The translations under genes and the position numbers were made by a program. 64,000 bases of DNA. Origin: Squalus acanthias. Lineage: Eukaryota. Every line of letters begins with the position of its first letter. The first letter of the stretch is position 1. The stretch is from contig CM059432.1 in assembly GCA_030390025.1 (NCBI GenBank), positions 49,850,001-49,914,000 on the forward strand, in the 5' to 3' direction. The notes beneath the pieces were generated by a model. The model saw only the letters and a program-made list of their open reading frames with translations, had not been told where the DNA came from and ran no database searches. Shown piece by piece: positions 36,341 to 49,814 of the stretch.

Positions 36341-37087
36341 CAATATTTTGCTTTTTTTTCCAAATATATGGTAGGATGCATTGGAATCATAAATTGTAAA
36401 CCAATGCATTTTCCAATTCAATGGTTTAGGCAGGTCTTTTGCCCGCTGGTAGTGCATATGGAAATTCAGATATATATGACACAAGATTTTTTTTTAAATG
36501 ATGTAATGCTCAGGAAATCATTTGCAGCGCGTGCCCAAATTTCCGACATCCACTCCCAGTGGACAAGGTTCCCTACTGGCAGTGCAAAGTTGTAAAATTA
36601 TCCCTACTACTTTTCTGAGGCCACACAGGGCAGATTTTTTGCCTCGGTACAAGAGCCAAACATGTCTGTGCCTGCACAAACTAATTTACTTTCAGGCTTA
36701 CTGATTTAAGCTATGTTTGTGCTGCTCTGTGTTATTCTTTTTTTGACTTTGCCCTGCTGCTAAGCCTTAACTCTGCATGTAAATTCCCTTTCTGGATACA
36801 CTAATGAGAGGAGTCCCAGTGCAATACATGCTCTGTATGCCATTTCCTTTCTGTGAGTAGTGTGAATGAATGATGCAACACCAACTGGAGGCTGATTGTA
36901 ATGCAAATCAAACTGAATAAAGTTGCATAAATAATTCCAAGGCACAATGCACAGACCAAGAGAGTGCTAGACGAGGCAGTTACACTGTGGATGGAGAACA
37001 ACAGAAAGCAAGGCAACAGAGGATGTAGACCAAGACGAGGTGAATATGGGATGCTGCGCTTACAGCGGGGAGCCGTGCTTACAGGAA

Positions 37088-37372
37088 TCATAGAAACATA
37101 GAAACATAGAAACATAGAATCTAGGAGCAGGAGTAGGCCATTCGGCCCGTCGAGCCTGCTCCACCATTCAATACGATCATGGCTGATCATCCAAATCCAG
37201 TACCCTGTCCCTGCTTTAATCCCCACAGTACACATATCCCACCCTACCCCCGTAACCCCACGTATTTAATTCACCCTAACATATCCCATCCTATCCCCAC
37301 ATATTTAATCCCCCCCTAACACTAAGGGTCAATTTATCATAGCCAAATCAACCTAACCCGCACATTTTTGGA
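37088..37372 (-). mobile_element. 5'-truncated HE1-like V-SINE with a CR1-derived 3' tail
   Basis: CR1-type 3' stem-loop and (CTATGTTT)n tail joined to AAGGGTCAATTT...CAACCTAACCCGCACAT (V-domain-like). Confidence 0.6.
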
Positions 37373-37839
37373 CGAATCACGAGTCAAAGAATCAGGGCGA
37401 TGATGTTGTAGACTGATCTCCGACTCGTGCTCCCTGAAAACATGGCTTCCCTGCTGAAACAATTACCATTGCGCCGTGAGCTTCCCCATTGAAGTTCATT
37501 GCGAGCCCTGAAATTGCTGGATTTATGCCGTTAGTGTGAATTATTTAGGGCTGGTAATTCATGTTATAAGGACCCTGTTTATGGTCCTGGCATGACATTC
37601 AACCTTGGTTGCCCAGAAAGGGAACAATGAAACTGTGGTGTCTCATTCCAGCAGATAGTGGTGAATTGTATCTAGAGGTTTTTTATACATTGTATCTGCT
37701 TTGGCAGTATTTTTGTGCCAGTCTTGCCATCCACACTCCTGTTAATGTCAGAAAGCGATAATTTTCAGGATACAAAGCTGTTTCCAAATTATGGGAGCAG
37801 CTCTGAGGAAATTTTGGCCTATGATCTTTGCTTCAACCA

Positions 37840-38340
37840 CTAACTCTGCGCATTCCACAGCCTCACAACCCTCTGTGTAAAACAGTTTCTGCTGCGCTTT
37901 GTCCTAAATCTCTTGCATTTAATCTTATAACTCGAGCCCCTAGTTTTAGATGCTTCAACCATTAGAAACAGTCGGTGTCTATCTACCCTGTTTCATCACT
38001 ATATCAAATTACCCCATAAGCTACTTTGTTCTAATGAAAACAGCTCCAAGTTTTCAATAATAAATAAAAACAGAAAATGCTGGAAATACTCAGCTGGTCA
38101 GGGAGCATCTGTGGAGAGAGAAACAGAGTTAATGTTTCAGGTCAATGACCTTTTGTCAGAATCTTTCGTCCAATTTTTCAAGTCGTCCATCGTATTTGCA
38201 TTTCCTCATACCAGAGAGCATCCTAGTGAATCTATGCTGTACCCAATTTATTGCCTCAACATCCTTTCTATATTTCGGAGCCAAAAATGCACACAATACT
38301 TCAATTGTGATCTTACTAAGGTTTTATATAGCTTTATATA
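37840..38340 (-). mobile_element. Degraded CR1 3' region containing a Penelope-like fragment (38063-38160)
   Basis: FTQRVVRLWN-like remnant; the insert matches 57985-58086 in reverse. Confidence 0.6.
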
Positions 38341-38460
38341 GACTGGGAACAGTAGCATAGTGGTTATGTTACTGGATTAGTAATCCAGAGGCCTGGACTA
38401 ATGATCCAGAGACATGAGTTCACAATCCCACCACCACAGCTCGGGAATTTAAATTCAGTT

Positions 38461-38708
38461 ACATAGAAGCATAGAAACATAGAAGATAGGAGCAGGAGTA
38501 GGCCATTCGGCCCCTCGAGCCTGCTCCGCCATTCGATGAGATCATGGCTGATCATCCAAACTCAGTACCCTGTACCTGCCTTCTCCCCATATCCCTTGAT
38601 ACCTTTAGCCTTAAGAAATATATCTAACTCCTTCTTGAATATATTTACTGACTTGGCCTCAACTGCCTTCTGTGGTAGAGAATTCCACAGGTTCACCACT
38701 CTCTGGGT
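38461..38708 (-). mobile_element. CR1 3'-end fragment
   Basis: Matches 11700-11943 in reverse. Confidence 0.85.
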
Positions 38709-38849
38709 TAATTAAATAAATCTGGAATAAAAAGCTAGTATCAGTAATGATGACCATGAAACTATTGGATTGTCGTAAAAACTCATCTGGTTCACTAATG
38801 TCCTTTAGGGAAGGAAATCTGCTATCCTTACCCGGTCTGGCCTATATGT

Positions 38850-40984
38850 AGGAATATAGGAACAGGAGGAGGCCATTGAGCCTCTTAAGCCTGTTCCGCC
38901 ATTCAATGAGATCATGGCTGAGCTGTGACCTAACTCTATATACCCGCCTTTGGCCCATATCCCTTAATACCTTTGGTTAACAAAAATCTATCAATCTCCG
39001 ACTTAAGATTAACAATTAATCAATTGCCATTTGTGAAAGGGAGTTCCAAACTTCTACCACCCTTTGTGTGTAGAAGTGTTTCCTAATTTCACTCCTGAAA
39101 GGTCTGGCTCTAATTTTTAGACTATGCCCCCTAATCCTATAATCCCCAACTAGCGGAAATAGTTTCTCTCTATCTACCCTATCTGTTCCCCTTAATATCT
39201 TGAAAACTTCAATCAGATCACCCCTTAACCTTCTAAATTCTAGGGAATAAAATCCTAATTTGTGTAATCTCTATTCGTAACTTAACCATGGAAGTCCTGG
39301 TATCATTCTGGTAAACCTATGCTGCACTCCCTCCAAGGCCAATATATCCTTCCTGAGGTGTGGTGCCCAGAACTGCTCACAGTACTCCAGGTGTAGTCTA
39401 ACCAGGGCTTTGTATAGAGGCAGCATAACTTCTACCCCCTTGTATTCGAGTCCTCTAGATATAAAGGCCAGCATTCCATTAGCATTTTTGATTATTTTCT
39501 GTACTTGTTCATGACATTTTAATGAGCTATGTACCTGGACACCCAAGTCTCTTTGGACATCCACTCTTTTTAGCTTTTCACCATTTAGTAAGTACCCTGT
39601 TCTATCCTTTTTAGGTCCAAAGTGGATGACCTCACATTTGCCTACATTGAAATCCATTTGCCACAGTTTTGCCCATTCACTTAATCTGTCGATATCCCTT
39701 TGTAATTTTATGCTTTCATCTACACTGCCTACAATGCTGCCTATCTTTGTGTCATCAGCAAATTTGGATATATGGCTTTCTATGTCATCATCTAGGTCAT
39801 TAATAAATACTGTGAATAGTTGAGGTCCCAACACAGATCCCTGCGGGACACCACTAGTCACCTCCTGCCAGTTTGAGTACCTGCCCATTATCCCTACTGC
39901 CTATCTCCTGCCGCTCAGACAATTTCCTAACCAGGTCAATAATTTGCCCTCAATTCCGTGGGCTTCTACTTTAGTTAACAGTCTCTTATATGGGACTTTA
40001 TCAAATTCTTTCTGGAAGTTCATATAGATAACATCCATAGACATTCCCCTGTCCACTACTTCAGTCACCTCCTCAAAAAATTCAATCAGGTTTGTCAGGC
40101 ATGATCTCCCTTTCACAAATCCATGCTGGCTCTCTCTGATCATCTGAAAATTTTCAAGGTGTTTAGTCACCCTATCCTTAATTATAGACTCTAGCAATTT
40201 CCCAACAACAGGTGTTAGGCTAACTGATCTATAATTCTCTAGTTTCCCTCTCTCGCCGTTCTTAAATAACGGAGTGACATGCGTAATTTTCTAATCTAAA
40301 GGAATGGTTCCTGAATCGAGAGAACTTTGGACAATTATAGTTAGGGCATCTGCAAAGTGCTCACCTACTTCCTTTAAATCCCTGGGATGGAAACCATCTG
40401 GTCCTGGGGATTTGTCACTCTTTAGTGCCATTATTTTCTTCATTATTGTTATTTGACTTACTTTAATTTTATTGAGTCCCTGTCCCTGATTTAATATTAG
40501 TTTCCTTGGGATTTCTGGCATGCTATCCTCTTCCTCTACTGTAAATACTGATGCAAAGTAATTATTCAACTTGTCCGCTATTTCCTTATTATCATTGACA
40601 ATATCAACGCTTTCAGTTTTTAAGGGCCAAATTTGCTCCTGACAAACCTCTTTTTTCTAATATAATTATAAAAATTCTTTGTGTTGATTTTTATATCCCT
40701 CGCACGTTTCTTTTCATACTCCCTTTTTGTAGCTCTTACTATCTGTTTTGCGACCCTTTGCTGTTCTTTGTATCTTTCCCATTCGCCAGGATCTGTGCTA
40801 TTTTTAGCATTTTTGTACACTTTTTCTTTCAGTTTTATGCTGTCCATTACCTCTTTAGTCGTCCATGACTGGTTTTTTGGGCAAGTAGAGGTCTTGCCCG
40901 TCAGGGGTATAAACTGGTTCTGTATCATCTTAAATTCTTTTTTTAACATCTCCCACTGATCTTCTGTCATTTTACCCATTAACA
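38850..40984 (-). mobile_element. 5'-truncated CR1 LINE (RT pseudogene)
   Basis: ORFs 39271-39888, 39901-40197 and 40291-40569 carry RT motifs. Confidence 0.9.
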
Positions 40985-42109
40985 GATGTGACTCTAGACC
41001 CACAGCAATGTGGTTGACTCTTAACTGCCCTCTGAAATGGCCTAGCAAGCCACTCAGTTGTAACAAACCGCTACGAAAAGCAATAATAAGAATAAAATTG
41101 GACGGACCACCCGACATTAACATTGGCACCGGCTTCGGACACGACAATGGCACACCCAGCCCAGTTGACCCAGCAAAGTCCACCTCACCAACATCTGGGG
41201 ACTTGTGCCAAAATTGGGAGAGCTGTCCCACAGACTAGTCAAGCAATAGCTTGACATAGTCATACTCACAGAATCATACCTTTCAGCCAATGTCCCAAAC
41301 TCCTCCATCACCATCCCTGGGTATGTCTTGTCCCACCGGCAGCACAGACCCACCAGAGGTGGTGGCACAGTGGTATACAGTCAGGAGGGAGTGACCCTGG
41401 GAGTCCTCAACATTGACTCCGGACCCCATGAAGTCTCATGGCTTCAGATCAAGCATGGGCAAGGAAACCTCCTGCTGATTACCACCTACCGCTCTCCCTA
41501 AGCTGATGAATCAGTACTCCTCCATGTTGAATACCACTTGGAAGAAGCACTGAGGGTAGCAAGGGCACAGAATGTACTCTGGGTGGGGGACTTCAGGCCC
41601 GAGGAGGCGGGATTGGAGGCGTGTGAGGTGGTAAAATCGCAAAAAAAGGCGGGCGGGCCCGATCCCGCCTCCATCTCGCCTCCAAGCAATTTTCTCACAT
41701 GCGTGTTTTCTGACCCCATTTCCATCTCGCCTCCAAGAGGCGGGATAGGCCTTTAAGGCCCTTAACAACCACTTAATTGCCTCTATAATCCCATTTTGAG
41801 AGGCCTTTCTGATTTTAACACTTTTCCCACATGCTGCACGACTCCTCTGGAACACGCCAGTGAATCCTGGCGGCATCACAAGTGGATTGCTTACTAACAG
41901 CTGCAGCTCCACCATTAAAAAGGAGTTTTCAGCAATCATCATTTGCAGGTGGCAGAACTTTGTTGTCTCAGGTCTGGGGGAACTTTCAGCAGGCCTACTC
42001 ATTGTTCTGGAAGTTTGGAGCCTGACACCCATCTCCAGTGTGAGCTCCTGGGAAACCCCTCTCCCCACCTTGAATGAGCGCTTCCTCAACTGAGGTATAT
42101 ACCAGAAGA

Positions 42110-43354
42110 ATGGGAACCATTTATTTCCTTTCCTCCTGGACATCAGATTCAGACAAAGACCAGCCGCGGCAGAAGCAGAACCCTGAACAACCGCAGCACC
42201 AACTGCAGGAGCAACAGCAGGACCTCCATGCTGCTGCTCACCCACCTGAAGCTGCATAGGCCAGAATGCGCCAGTGCATGGAAGCACGTCGGCACAGGAG
42301 ATACCCCCAAAACAGGGTCTACAGACAGAGGATCAGCTACCTCAACATGACTGAGCAGCAGTGACAAAGGAGGCTCCGACTTTCGCGAGAGGTAGTGGGT
42401 GACATCTGCGCAATGCTGCAGCAAGAGCTGGAGCCCAGAGGAGCAGGTGGACACCCCTTACCAGTGGCTGTCAAAGTCACCACTGCACTCAACTTTTTTG
42501 CTTCAGGCTCATTCCAGGGATCAGCAGCAGACATCAGCGGCGTCTCCTAGGCGGCCACACACACTTGCATCACGCAGGTAACCAATGCCCTCTTTGCCAT
42601 CGCTCATAATTACATCAATTTCTCCAAGGATCAAGCCAGTGTAACTACGCATACGGTTGGGTTTGACAATCTGGCAGGCTTTCCAAGGGTGCAGGGCGTC
42701 GTTGACTGCACACATATGGCCCTTAAGGCACCCCATCACAATCCAGGTATTTTTGTCAACCGCAAGGGCTTCCACTCCCTCAACGTGCAGCTGGTGTGCG
42801 ACCACAAGAAGGAAATTTTGCATGTTTGCGCCAAGTACCCTGGCAGTTGCCATGACTCCTTCATCCTGCGCCAGTCTAGTGTGCCTCCGCTCTTCAGTCC
42901 ACCAGACCAACTTTTCGGATGGCTACTTGGAGACAAGGGCTATCCCCTGAAGACGTGGCTAATGACGCCGTTGAGGAGCCCATCCAACGAAGCTGAGGAG
43001 CGCTATAACTCCAGCCACATTTCCACTAGATCCATAATCGAACAAACCATCGGCTTGCTGAAGATGCGATTCAGATGCATTGATAGATCAGGTGGAGCCC
43101 TGCAGTACTCAGCAGCCAGGGTCTCCAGAATGGTCGTGGTCTGCTGTGCACTTCACAACATGGCACAGCATCGTAGCTTGCAGATGCCTGAGGAACAAGT
43201 GGCTCATCACATAGCCTCCTCAGATGAGGAGGAGGAGGAGGAGGACAGCGACAATGAACAGCTTGCAGAGGCGCATCAACCAGCGGCAGCAGCATGCGAG
43301 CACATTGCTGCCTGGGATGCAAGGGACGCACTCATCTTTGCCAGATTTGCTTAG
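42110..43354 (+). pseudogene. Harbinger transposase, family 3
   Basis: C-terminal 221 aa open ([19 protein letters not shown]); stops in the N-terminal part (~42259, 42363, 42548). Confidence 0.88.
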
Positions 43355-43613
43355 CCTAGACAATCAAGCACTTTTGCCTCGCAGCTTCTTACCAGACCAT
43401 CGACAATGGCCAAGAACCTATGGATTCCTATCACTATGACCACCATGCTGACAATTGCAAGTCACCCTTAGCCCTCAATGTGGAAGTCCCATTTGCGAAA
43501 TGACACACGCTACAACTTCAACAGTTTGACCTCAGCATTTTTTTATCACAACAATCAACTGATCGCATTTCAAAAATAAACACAACATGACACCCAAGTG
43601 ACTACCCTTGTGA

Positions 43614-45579
43614 CTACTTGTGCATTATCTTCCTCTTACGCGTGCTCCTATGTAGTGCTTCCCCTGTGGCTTCAGCAGATGTGGAGGCCCCTTGCTCACT
43701 TTCTTGCTGCTCCTGCCTCGACACCTTTGGCGGGCGTCCTCTGGAGTTGCGAGCCTGTGAGGGCTCGGCAAAAGTCTGCTCCTCCTGCGGCTGTGCAGGG
43801 GTTGAGACGCCGATCTCAGTTGGGTGGAGACTCTGGTGGGGCTCTGACCGAGGGTTCTGCAGTGGCATGGTCGTATGAGCGCTTGGAGAGGAGCCACCAC
43901 TTCATTGTTGTCTGCCACCAACATCCCTCTCATGGGTCAGCCCCACTTCAGACCTAGCAAGTGGCTGGACAGCCCCTTTCTGCACTTCAGGGGGGCCATG
44001 AGGACCCGTTTCTGCACTGGAAGTCCTACTCCAGAGGACTTCCATGAAGGTCTGGTTTTTCTGCTCAATAGCTGAACATCGCTCCTCAAGAGATGTCAGT
44101 CTATTCTGAACAATGACCATGTTTTCACAACCCTGGTGACTAAGATCCTCCATGGCCGTAGCCATCCTCTCCTCTACTGTAGCCATCCTTTCCACGGAGG
44201 TGGCCATCCTTTCCGTGGTGATGCGTTCATGCGCCAACGCCTCCACAAAGGCTCTGCTCATGTTAGTGATGGACTCCTCCATTCGCTCCACACTCGCAGC
44301 GACCCTGGAGACAATACCTGCCAGAGACTCCTGCACCTGTTCCTGGAGTTCCAGCACCGCTGTTCTTCTGGATGGACCCGGAGGCACAGGGTCGACATGC
44401 AGCCGAGCTGAGCTGGAAGAGTCCTGTGCCCTCCGACGAGGACTCTCCACTGCTGTCCCTGTCTCCACAATCTGCTGATGCTCACTTGTGAGCTGTGATA
44501 CACCAGGTGACAACACTACACTATCTCGTGCAGTTTCCACCAAGGTGTGAGTGTCTGTGCTGGTGCTGGGTGCGCTGAATTCTGCTGACGCTACACCTTC
44601 AAAGGTTGCAGCTTCCTCTGAGGAGTCTTCTAGCTCAGGCTCTTCCTCTTGGACAGTGGGGACGGGGGCTGTCGATGGTCCTGTGGGGGACTAAAGGAAA
44701 GAATTGGAGATGTGAGGTAAAGTTTGCATGCACATTGAATTGTACAGATGATCATAAGTCAATCTGTTAGACCTTCAGAATCATTATCAGTTACTCATGC
44801 TATGTCAATGAGAGAGATGCAAAACTATTCTGTCACCAGCTTGCTGTGATGTACCCGTCTGTCTGTCTCCCACTTGCGCATCCTCCTCGACTCCCACAAT
44901 CTCCAGGGCTGCCTCCTCCGCAGTGGTGAGCTGGGCTACTGAGGGTGGCCCTCAACCTGTCCTCGCCCTCTCCCTCTTATTGTGGGCTCTCTTTTCCTGC
45001 AATGAGGGACACAAGTGGAGCTTGAGTGAAAATGAACGAGTGAGTGTAGAGATTCCATAGCATAGATGCTTAGAAGGAGACAAAGATGGAGTGAGGTGCC
45101 AAGACCAACGGCCCTCCCTGTGTGTTGTAAGTTGTTGTCATAGCATCACAGCGATAGGGAGTGTGAGGGCTGCATAGTCGAATAGTTAAGTGAATGGGAA
45201 CATACAGAGAGAGGGAATGGATAAGGGTGCAGGGATGTCAGTGTCAAGTGGGATGTGGAGGAAGAGGTTGGCAAAGCTGAGTGCTGGTGAGGAGAGGCGA
45301 TGGGGATCAGATTGAGGGTGATGGGAAAGTCATACTCACTTTTCCTGTGCGGAGAAGGTCATGAAACCTCTTCCTGCACTGCAGCCAGGTTCTGCGGCAC
45401 ACAGACATTGAGTTGACCTCCTGGGCCATTTGCATCCACACAGCTTTAGTCTGCTGGGGAGGCTTTTTCCTCCCTGAGGAAGGGAAATGCACCTCCTTAT
45501 TTGATTTTGCTCCCTCCACAAGAGCTTGCAGGGCGGCATCATCGAACCATGGAGCACACTTAGGCCTACTGCTGGACAT
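43614..45579 (-). pseudogene. Myb/SANT-like accessory gene, family 3 (exons 45579-45340, 44996-44837, ~44690-43614)
   Basis: W...RTWLQCRKRFHDL motif; stop in the TGGG motif of exon 2; frameshift in exon 3. Confidence 0.8.
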
Positions 45580-45859
45580 ATTTGCTGAATGAAGCGATCA
45601 CAACAATGGCCATAAAGTTTCCAGTCTCCAGAAGAATCAAGGCTGCTTGCAGGCCTTAAATCCAGCAGCACTGATGATGTCATCGGAGGCGTCTTTCAGG
45701 ATGGAAAGACTCATTGGACCAGTGGTTCCCACACGCTGGAAATCAAGTGCCCAATTAGGGGAAAATCGCACTTTTTTCCCACTTCACATTGGAGTCGGGT
45801 TCCTGACAAGAAAACCACCTGACACGCCCCCAGCCCGCCCCAATGGAAAAATCCAGCCC

Positions 45860-47668
45860 ATAGAGTCATAGAGTTATACAGCACAGAAAGAGGCCCTTCG
45901 GCCCATGGTGTCCCCACCGGCCAGCAAGCCCTGTCTATTCCAATCCCATTTTCCAGCACTTGGTCTGTAGCCTTGTATGCTATGGCGTTTCAAGTGCTCA
46001 TCTAAATGCTTCTTGAATGTTGTGAGGGTTCCTGCCTCTACCACCCTTTCAGGCAGTGAGTTCCAGATTCCAACCACCCTCTGGGTGAAAAAGTTTTTCC
46101 TCAAATCCCCTCTAAACCTCCTGCCCCTTACCTTGAAACTATGCCCCCTGGTTATTGACCCCTCTACTAAGGGGAAAAGTTCATTTCTGTCTACCCTATC
46201 TATGCCCCTCATAATTTTGTACACCTCAATCAGGTCCCCCCTCAGCCTTCTCTGCTCTTAGGAAAACAACCCCAGCCTGTCCAATCTCTCTTCTTAGCTG
46301 AAGCGCTCCAGCCCAGGTAACATCCTGGTGAATCTCCTCTGCACCCTCTCCAATGCAATCACATCCTTCCTATAGTGTGGCGACCAGAACTGCACACAGT
46401 ATTCCAGCTGTGGCCTAACTAACGTTTTGTACAGCTCCATCATAACCTCCCTGCTCTTATATTCTATGCCTTCGCTAATGAAGGCAAGTATCTCATATGC
46501 CTTTTTAACCACCTTATCTACCTGTCCTGCTGCCTTCAGGGATCTATGTACATGCACACCAAGGTCCCCCTGATCCTCTGTCCTTCCTAGGGTCCTACCA
46601 TTCATTGTGTATTCCCTTGCCTTGTTAGTCCTCCCAAAATGCATCACCTCACACTTTTCAGGGTTAAATTCCATTTGCGACTGTTCTGCCCATCTGACCA
46701 ACCCTCTGTAGCCTGAGGCTACCCTCCTCGCTATTTACCACTCCACCAATTTTTGTGTCATCTGCGAACTTACTGATCATATCTAGACAGGTCTAGACAG
46801 ACTAGATGCAGAAGGAATGTTTCCCTTGGCGGGTGAGAACAGAACTAGAGGACATAATTTAAGGATAAGGGCTAAACCATTTAGGACAGAAATGAGGGGG
46901 AATTTCTTCACTCAGAGGGTGGTGAACCTGTGGAACTCATTGCCACAGAGGGCAGTGTACGCCAGCTCATTAAATATATTTAAGAGGGAATTAGATATAT
47001 TTCTACAGGCAAAAGGGGTTAAGGGTTACGGAGAGAAGGCGGGGACGGGATACTGAATTGGAGGATCAGCCATGATCTCATTAAATGGCGGAGCAGGCTC
47101 GAAGGGCCGGATGGCCTACTCCTGCTCCTATCTTCTATGTATCTATGTATCTATGTATCTCCTACATTCATATCTAAATCATTAATGTACACTGCAAACA
47201 GCAAAGGACCCAGCACCGATCCCTGCGGTGCACCACTGGACACAGGCTTCCAGTCACAAAAACAACCTTCGACCATCACCCTCTGCCTCCTGCCACTAAG
47301 CCAATTTTGGATCCAATGTGCCAAATTGCCCTGGATCCCATGGGCTCTTACCTTCTTGACCAGTCTCCCATGCGGGACTTTGTCAAAAGCCTTACTGAAG
47401 TCCATGTAGACTACATCAACTGCACTATCCTCATCCACACACCTAGTCACCCCCTCGAAAAATTCAATCAAATTGGTTAGACATGATCTCCCCCTGTCAA
47501 AGCCATGCTGACTGTCCTTGATTAATCCTTGTATCTCCAAGTGGAGACTAATTCTGTTCCTCAGAATGTTTTCCAATAATTTCCCGACCATTGATGTTAG
47601 GCTCACTGGCCTGTAATTCCCTGGTTTATCCCTACTAACCTTCTTGAATAATGGTACTATGTTAGCTA
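45860..47668 (-). mobile_element. CR1 LINE 3' half
   Basis: ORFs 45874-46224, 46294-46701 and 47151-47738 carry RT motifs. Confidence 0.9.
46785..47156 (+). mobile_element. CR1 3'-end fragment nested in the opposite orientation
   Basis: MFPLAGENRTRGH...GYGEKAGTGY, (CTATGTAT)n tail and flanking ATCT duplication. Confidence 0.85.
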
Positions 47669-47669
47669 T

Positions 47670-48668
47670 CAGAGGTGAGGTGAGGTGAGAGTGACTGCTC
47701 TTGACATCAAGGCAGCATTTGATCAAGTATGCCAACAAGGAGCCCTCGTAAAATTGAAGTCAACGGGAATCGGGGAAAAATCTCCACTGGCTGGAGTCAC
47801 ACCCCGCACAAAAGAAGATGGTTCTGTTTGTTGGAGGTCAATCATCTCAGCCCCAGGACATTGCTTCAGGAGTTCCTCAGGGCAGTGTCCTAGGCCCAAC
47901 CATCTTTAGCTGCTTCATCAATGACCTTCCCTCCATCATAAGATCAGAAGTGGGGATGTTCGCTGATGACTGCACAGTGTTCAGTGCCATTCACAACTCC
48001 TCAGATAATGAAGCAGTCCATGTCCGTATGCAGCAAGACCTGGACAACATTTAGGCTTGGGCTGATAAGTGGCAATTAACATTCGCACCACACAGTGCCA
48101 GGCAATGACCATCCCCAACAAGCGAGAGTCTAACCACCGCCCTTTGACATTCAACAGCATTACCATCGCTGAATCCCCCACCATCAACATCCTGGGGGAC
48201 ACCATTGACCAAAAACTTAACTGGGCCAGCCACGTAAATATTGTGGCCACAAAAGCAGGTCAGAGGCTGGGTTTTCTGTGGTGAGTGTCTTACCTCCTGA
48301 CTCCCCCCAAAGCCTTTCCACCATCTACAAGACACAAGGCAGGAGTGTGATGGGATACTCCCCACTTGCCTGGATGAGTGCAGCTCCAACAACGCGCAAG
48401 AAACTCGACACCATCCAGGACAAAGCAGCCTGCTTGATTTGCACCCCATCCACCACCTTAAACATTCACTCCCTCCACCACCCATCGTCGCCGGGTCAAA
48501 ATCCTGGAACTCCCTCCCTAACAGCACTGTGGGAGTACCTTCACCACATGGACTGCAGCAGTTCAAGAAGGCGGCTCACCAGCGCCTTCTCAAGGGCAAT
48601 TAGGGATGGTTAATAAATGCTGGCCTTGCCAGCGACCTCCACATCCCAGGAACGAATTTTAAAAAAAA
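47670..48668 (+). mobile_element. 3' part of the tRNA-headed LINE family (RT)
   Basis: LDIKAAFD, PQGSVLGP and FADD motifs; colinear with 54970-56160. Confidence 0.85.
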
Positions 48669-48942
48669 TCCACCATTACATCTTGACATTTATATTCTAC
48701 TCCTCTTGCCATAAAACCAGTATTCCTCAGCTTTTTTATGGTGTTATCCACTTGAGGTGTTGCTTTTAATGTCTTATGAACCTGAACCCCCAAATCTTTC
48801 TGCTCTTCCACATCATTCAACTGTCCCCTATTCAAAGTCTACTTCTTACTTGTAATTTTTTTTAAGCAATACATACCACTTTACATTTGCTAACTTTGAA
48901 TTCCATCTGCCACTTTTTTGCATGTTCCACCACTTTATCAAT

Positions 48943-49761
48943 TGTAAGATCTTAATGATCTCTGAGTTTTTGGACAAGACACCAATAGGCAGCAGCCAGT
49001 ATGTTTGAGCAATAGATCAAGATTTATTAAGCTTACAGCGTAATATACTTAATATTAGGCGATAGTTTTAACGAGTAGCTCGCAGCCCTTGGTCTCTGGA
49101 ACCTATAGGACACGGATGACGTCATCTGAAGTCTGTTCCTTTGTTCTCTCAGTACGTCTGTGTGAAGTTGTTCTTTGAGTATCGAGGTTTTAACCCTTTT
49201 CTTATCAACAGTTCATTTGGCCAGTGTCCATTTATGGTCTTTAACAAAATCACCTTTTTTAACTGGTTCTAATGGTCAAAATACCATTGTCACTCAGACT
49301 AAGGTAGCATCCCGCCTTTCCAGTATTTTTCCACCAACTTTGCCATGTTCAGTGTTATCTTGTTTATAGTTTTTCACCCCATTGGAATTTACTTTATCTC
49401 TTTCATTTCTAGCTTCAAGCAGTACAAGGCCTTTCTATACCAAGGGCCCATATCAGCGCTGTTTCACTAGTCTTGAGGTATCCAAACTATCTCACTTTAA
49501 TCGACCAGATAAATACCTTAACTTCCATGATCTCTCTCATTTTATGTCCTTATTCTAATTATCCTTTAAATATTGTTGCAATTAGTTTTGTTAAGCGAAT
49601 TCTAAGTTCATAATATGTGTTTTGAGCAATTTAACCTTCACTCGCAGTCTGTGGCTGTTTGTTATCAAAACTTAGTCAAAACTGCTTTTGACTGTCTGCA
49701 GCTACATTTTGAACAAGTCTTAGTCTTTTTAGTTACCCAGGAGTAATTATGGGTAATATTA
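48943..49761 (-). mobile_element. Possible solo LTR inserted in a degraded minus-strand CR1 fragment
   Basis: Starts TGTAAGA and has a reverse poly(A) signal near 49023; the right terminus is not clean. Confidence 0.35.
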
Positions 49762-49814
49762 TTTGTTCCCTTGCAACTTTCCTTGGTCCTCAGGGTTATT
49801 TACTATGCCTCCTT

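Larger units (their letters stand above)
38345..41594 (+). mobile_element. 5' part of a tRNA-headed LINE (head, leader and APE endonuclease) split by two CR1 insertions
   Basis: 38345-38460, 38709-38849 and 40985-41594 join colinearly with 57445-57750; EN translation NIWGL...DIVILTESYL...RGGGTVVY...TTYR...WVGDF. Confidence 0.75.
41595..45859. mobile_element. Harbinger family 3 element (left TIR missing)
   Basis: Right terminus AAAATCCAGCCC; convergent transposase and Myb-like genes. Confidence 0.85.

Noticed and set aside
35112..37820. Possible additional degenerate Harbinger MITEs (35112-35497 and 36628-37819)
   Set aside because: TIR-like ends are too degenerate and no TSD could be confirmed.
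38345..38445. Functional tRNA gene (also the heads at 19930 and 1420)
   Set aside because: These are heads of interspersed repeats with non-canonical arms and attached retroposon bodies.
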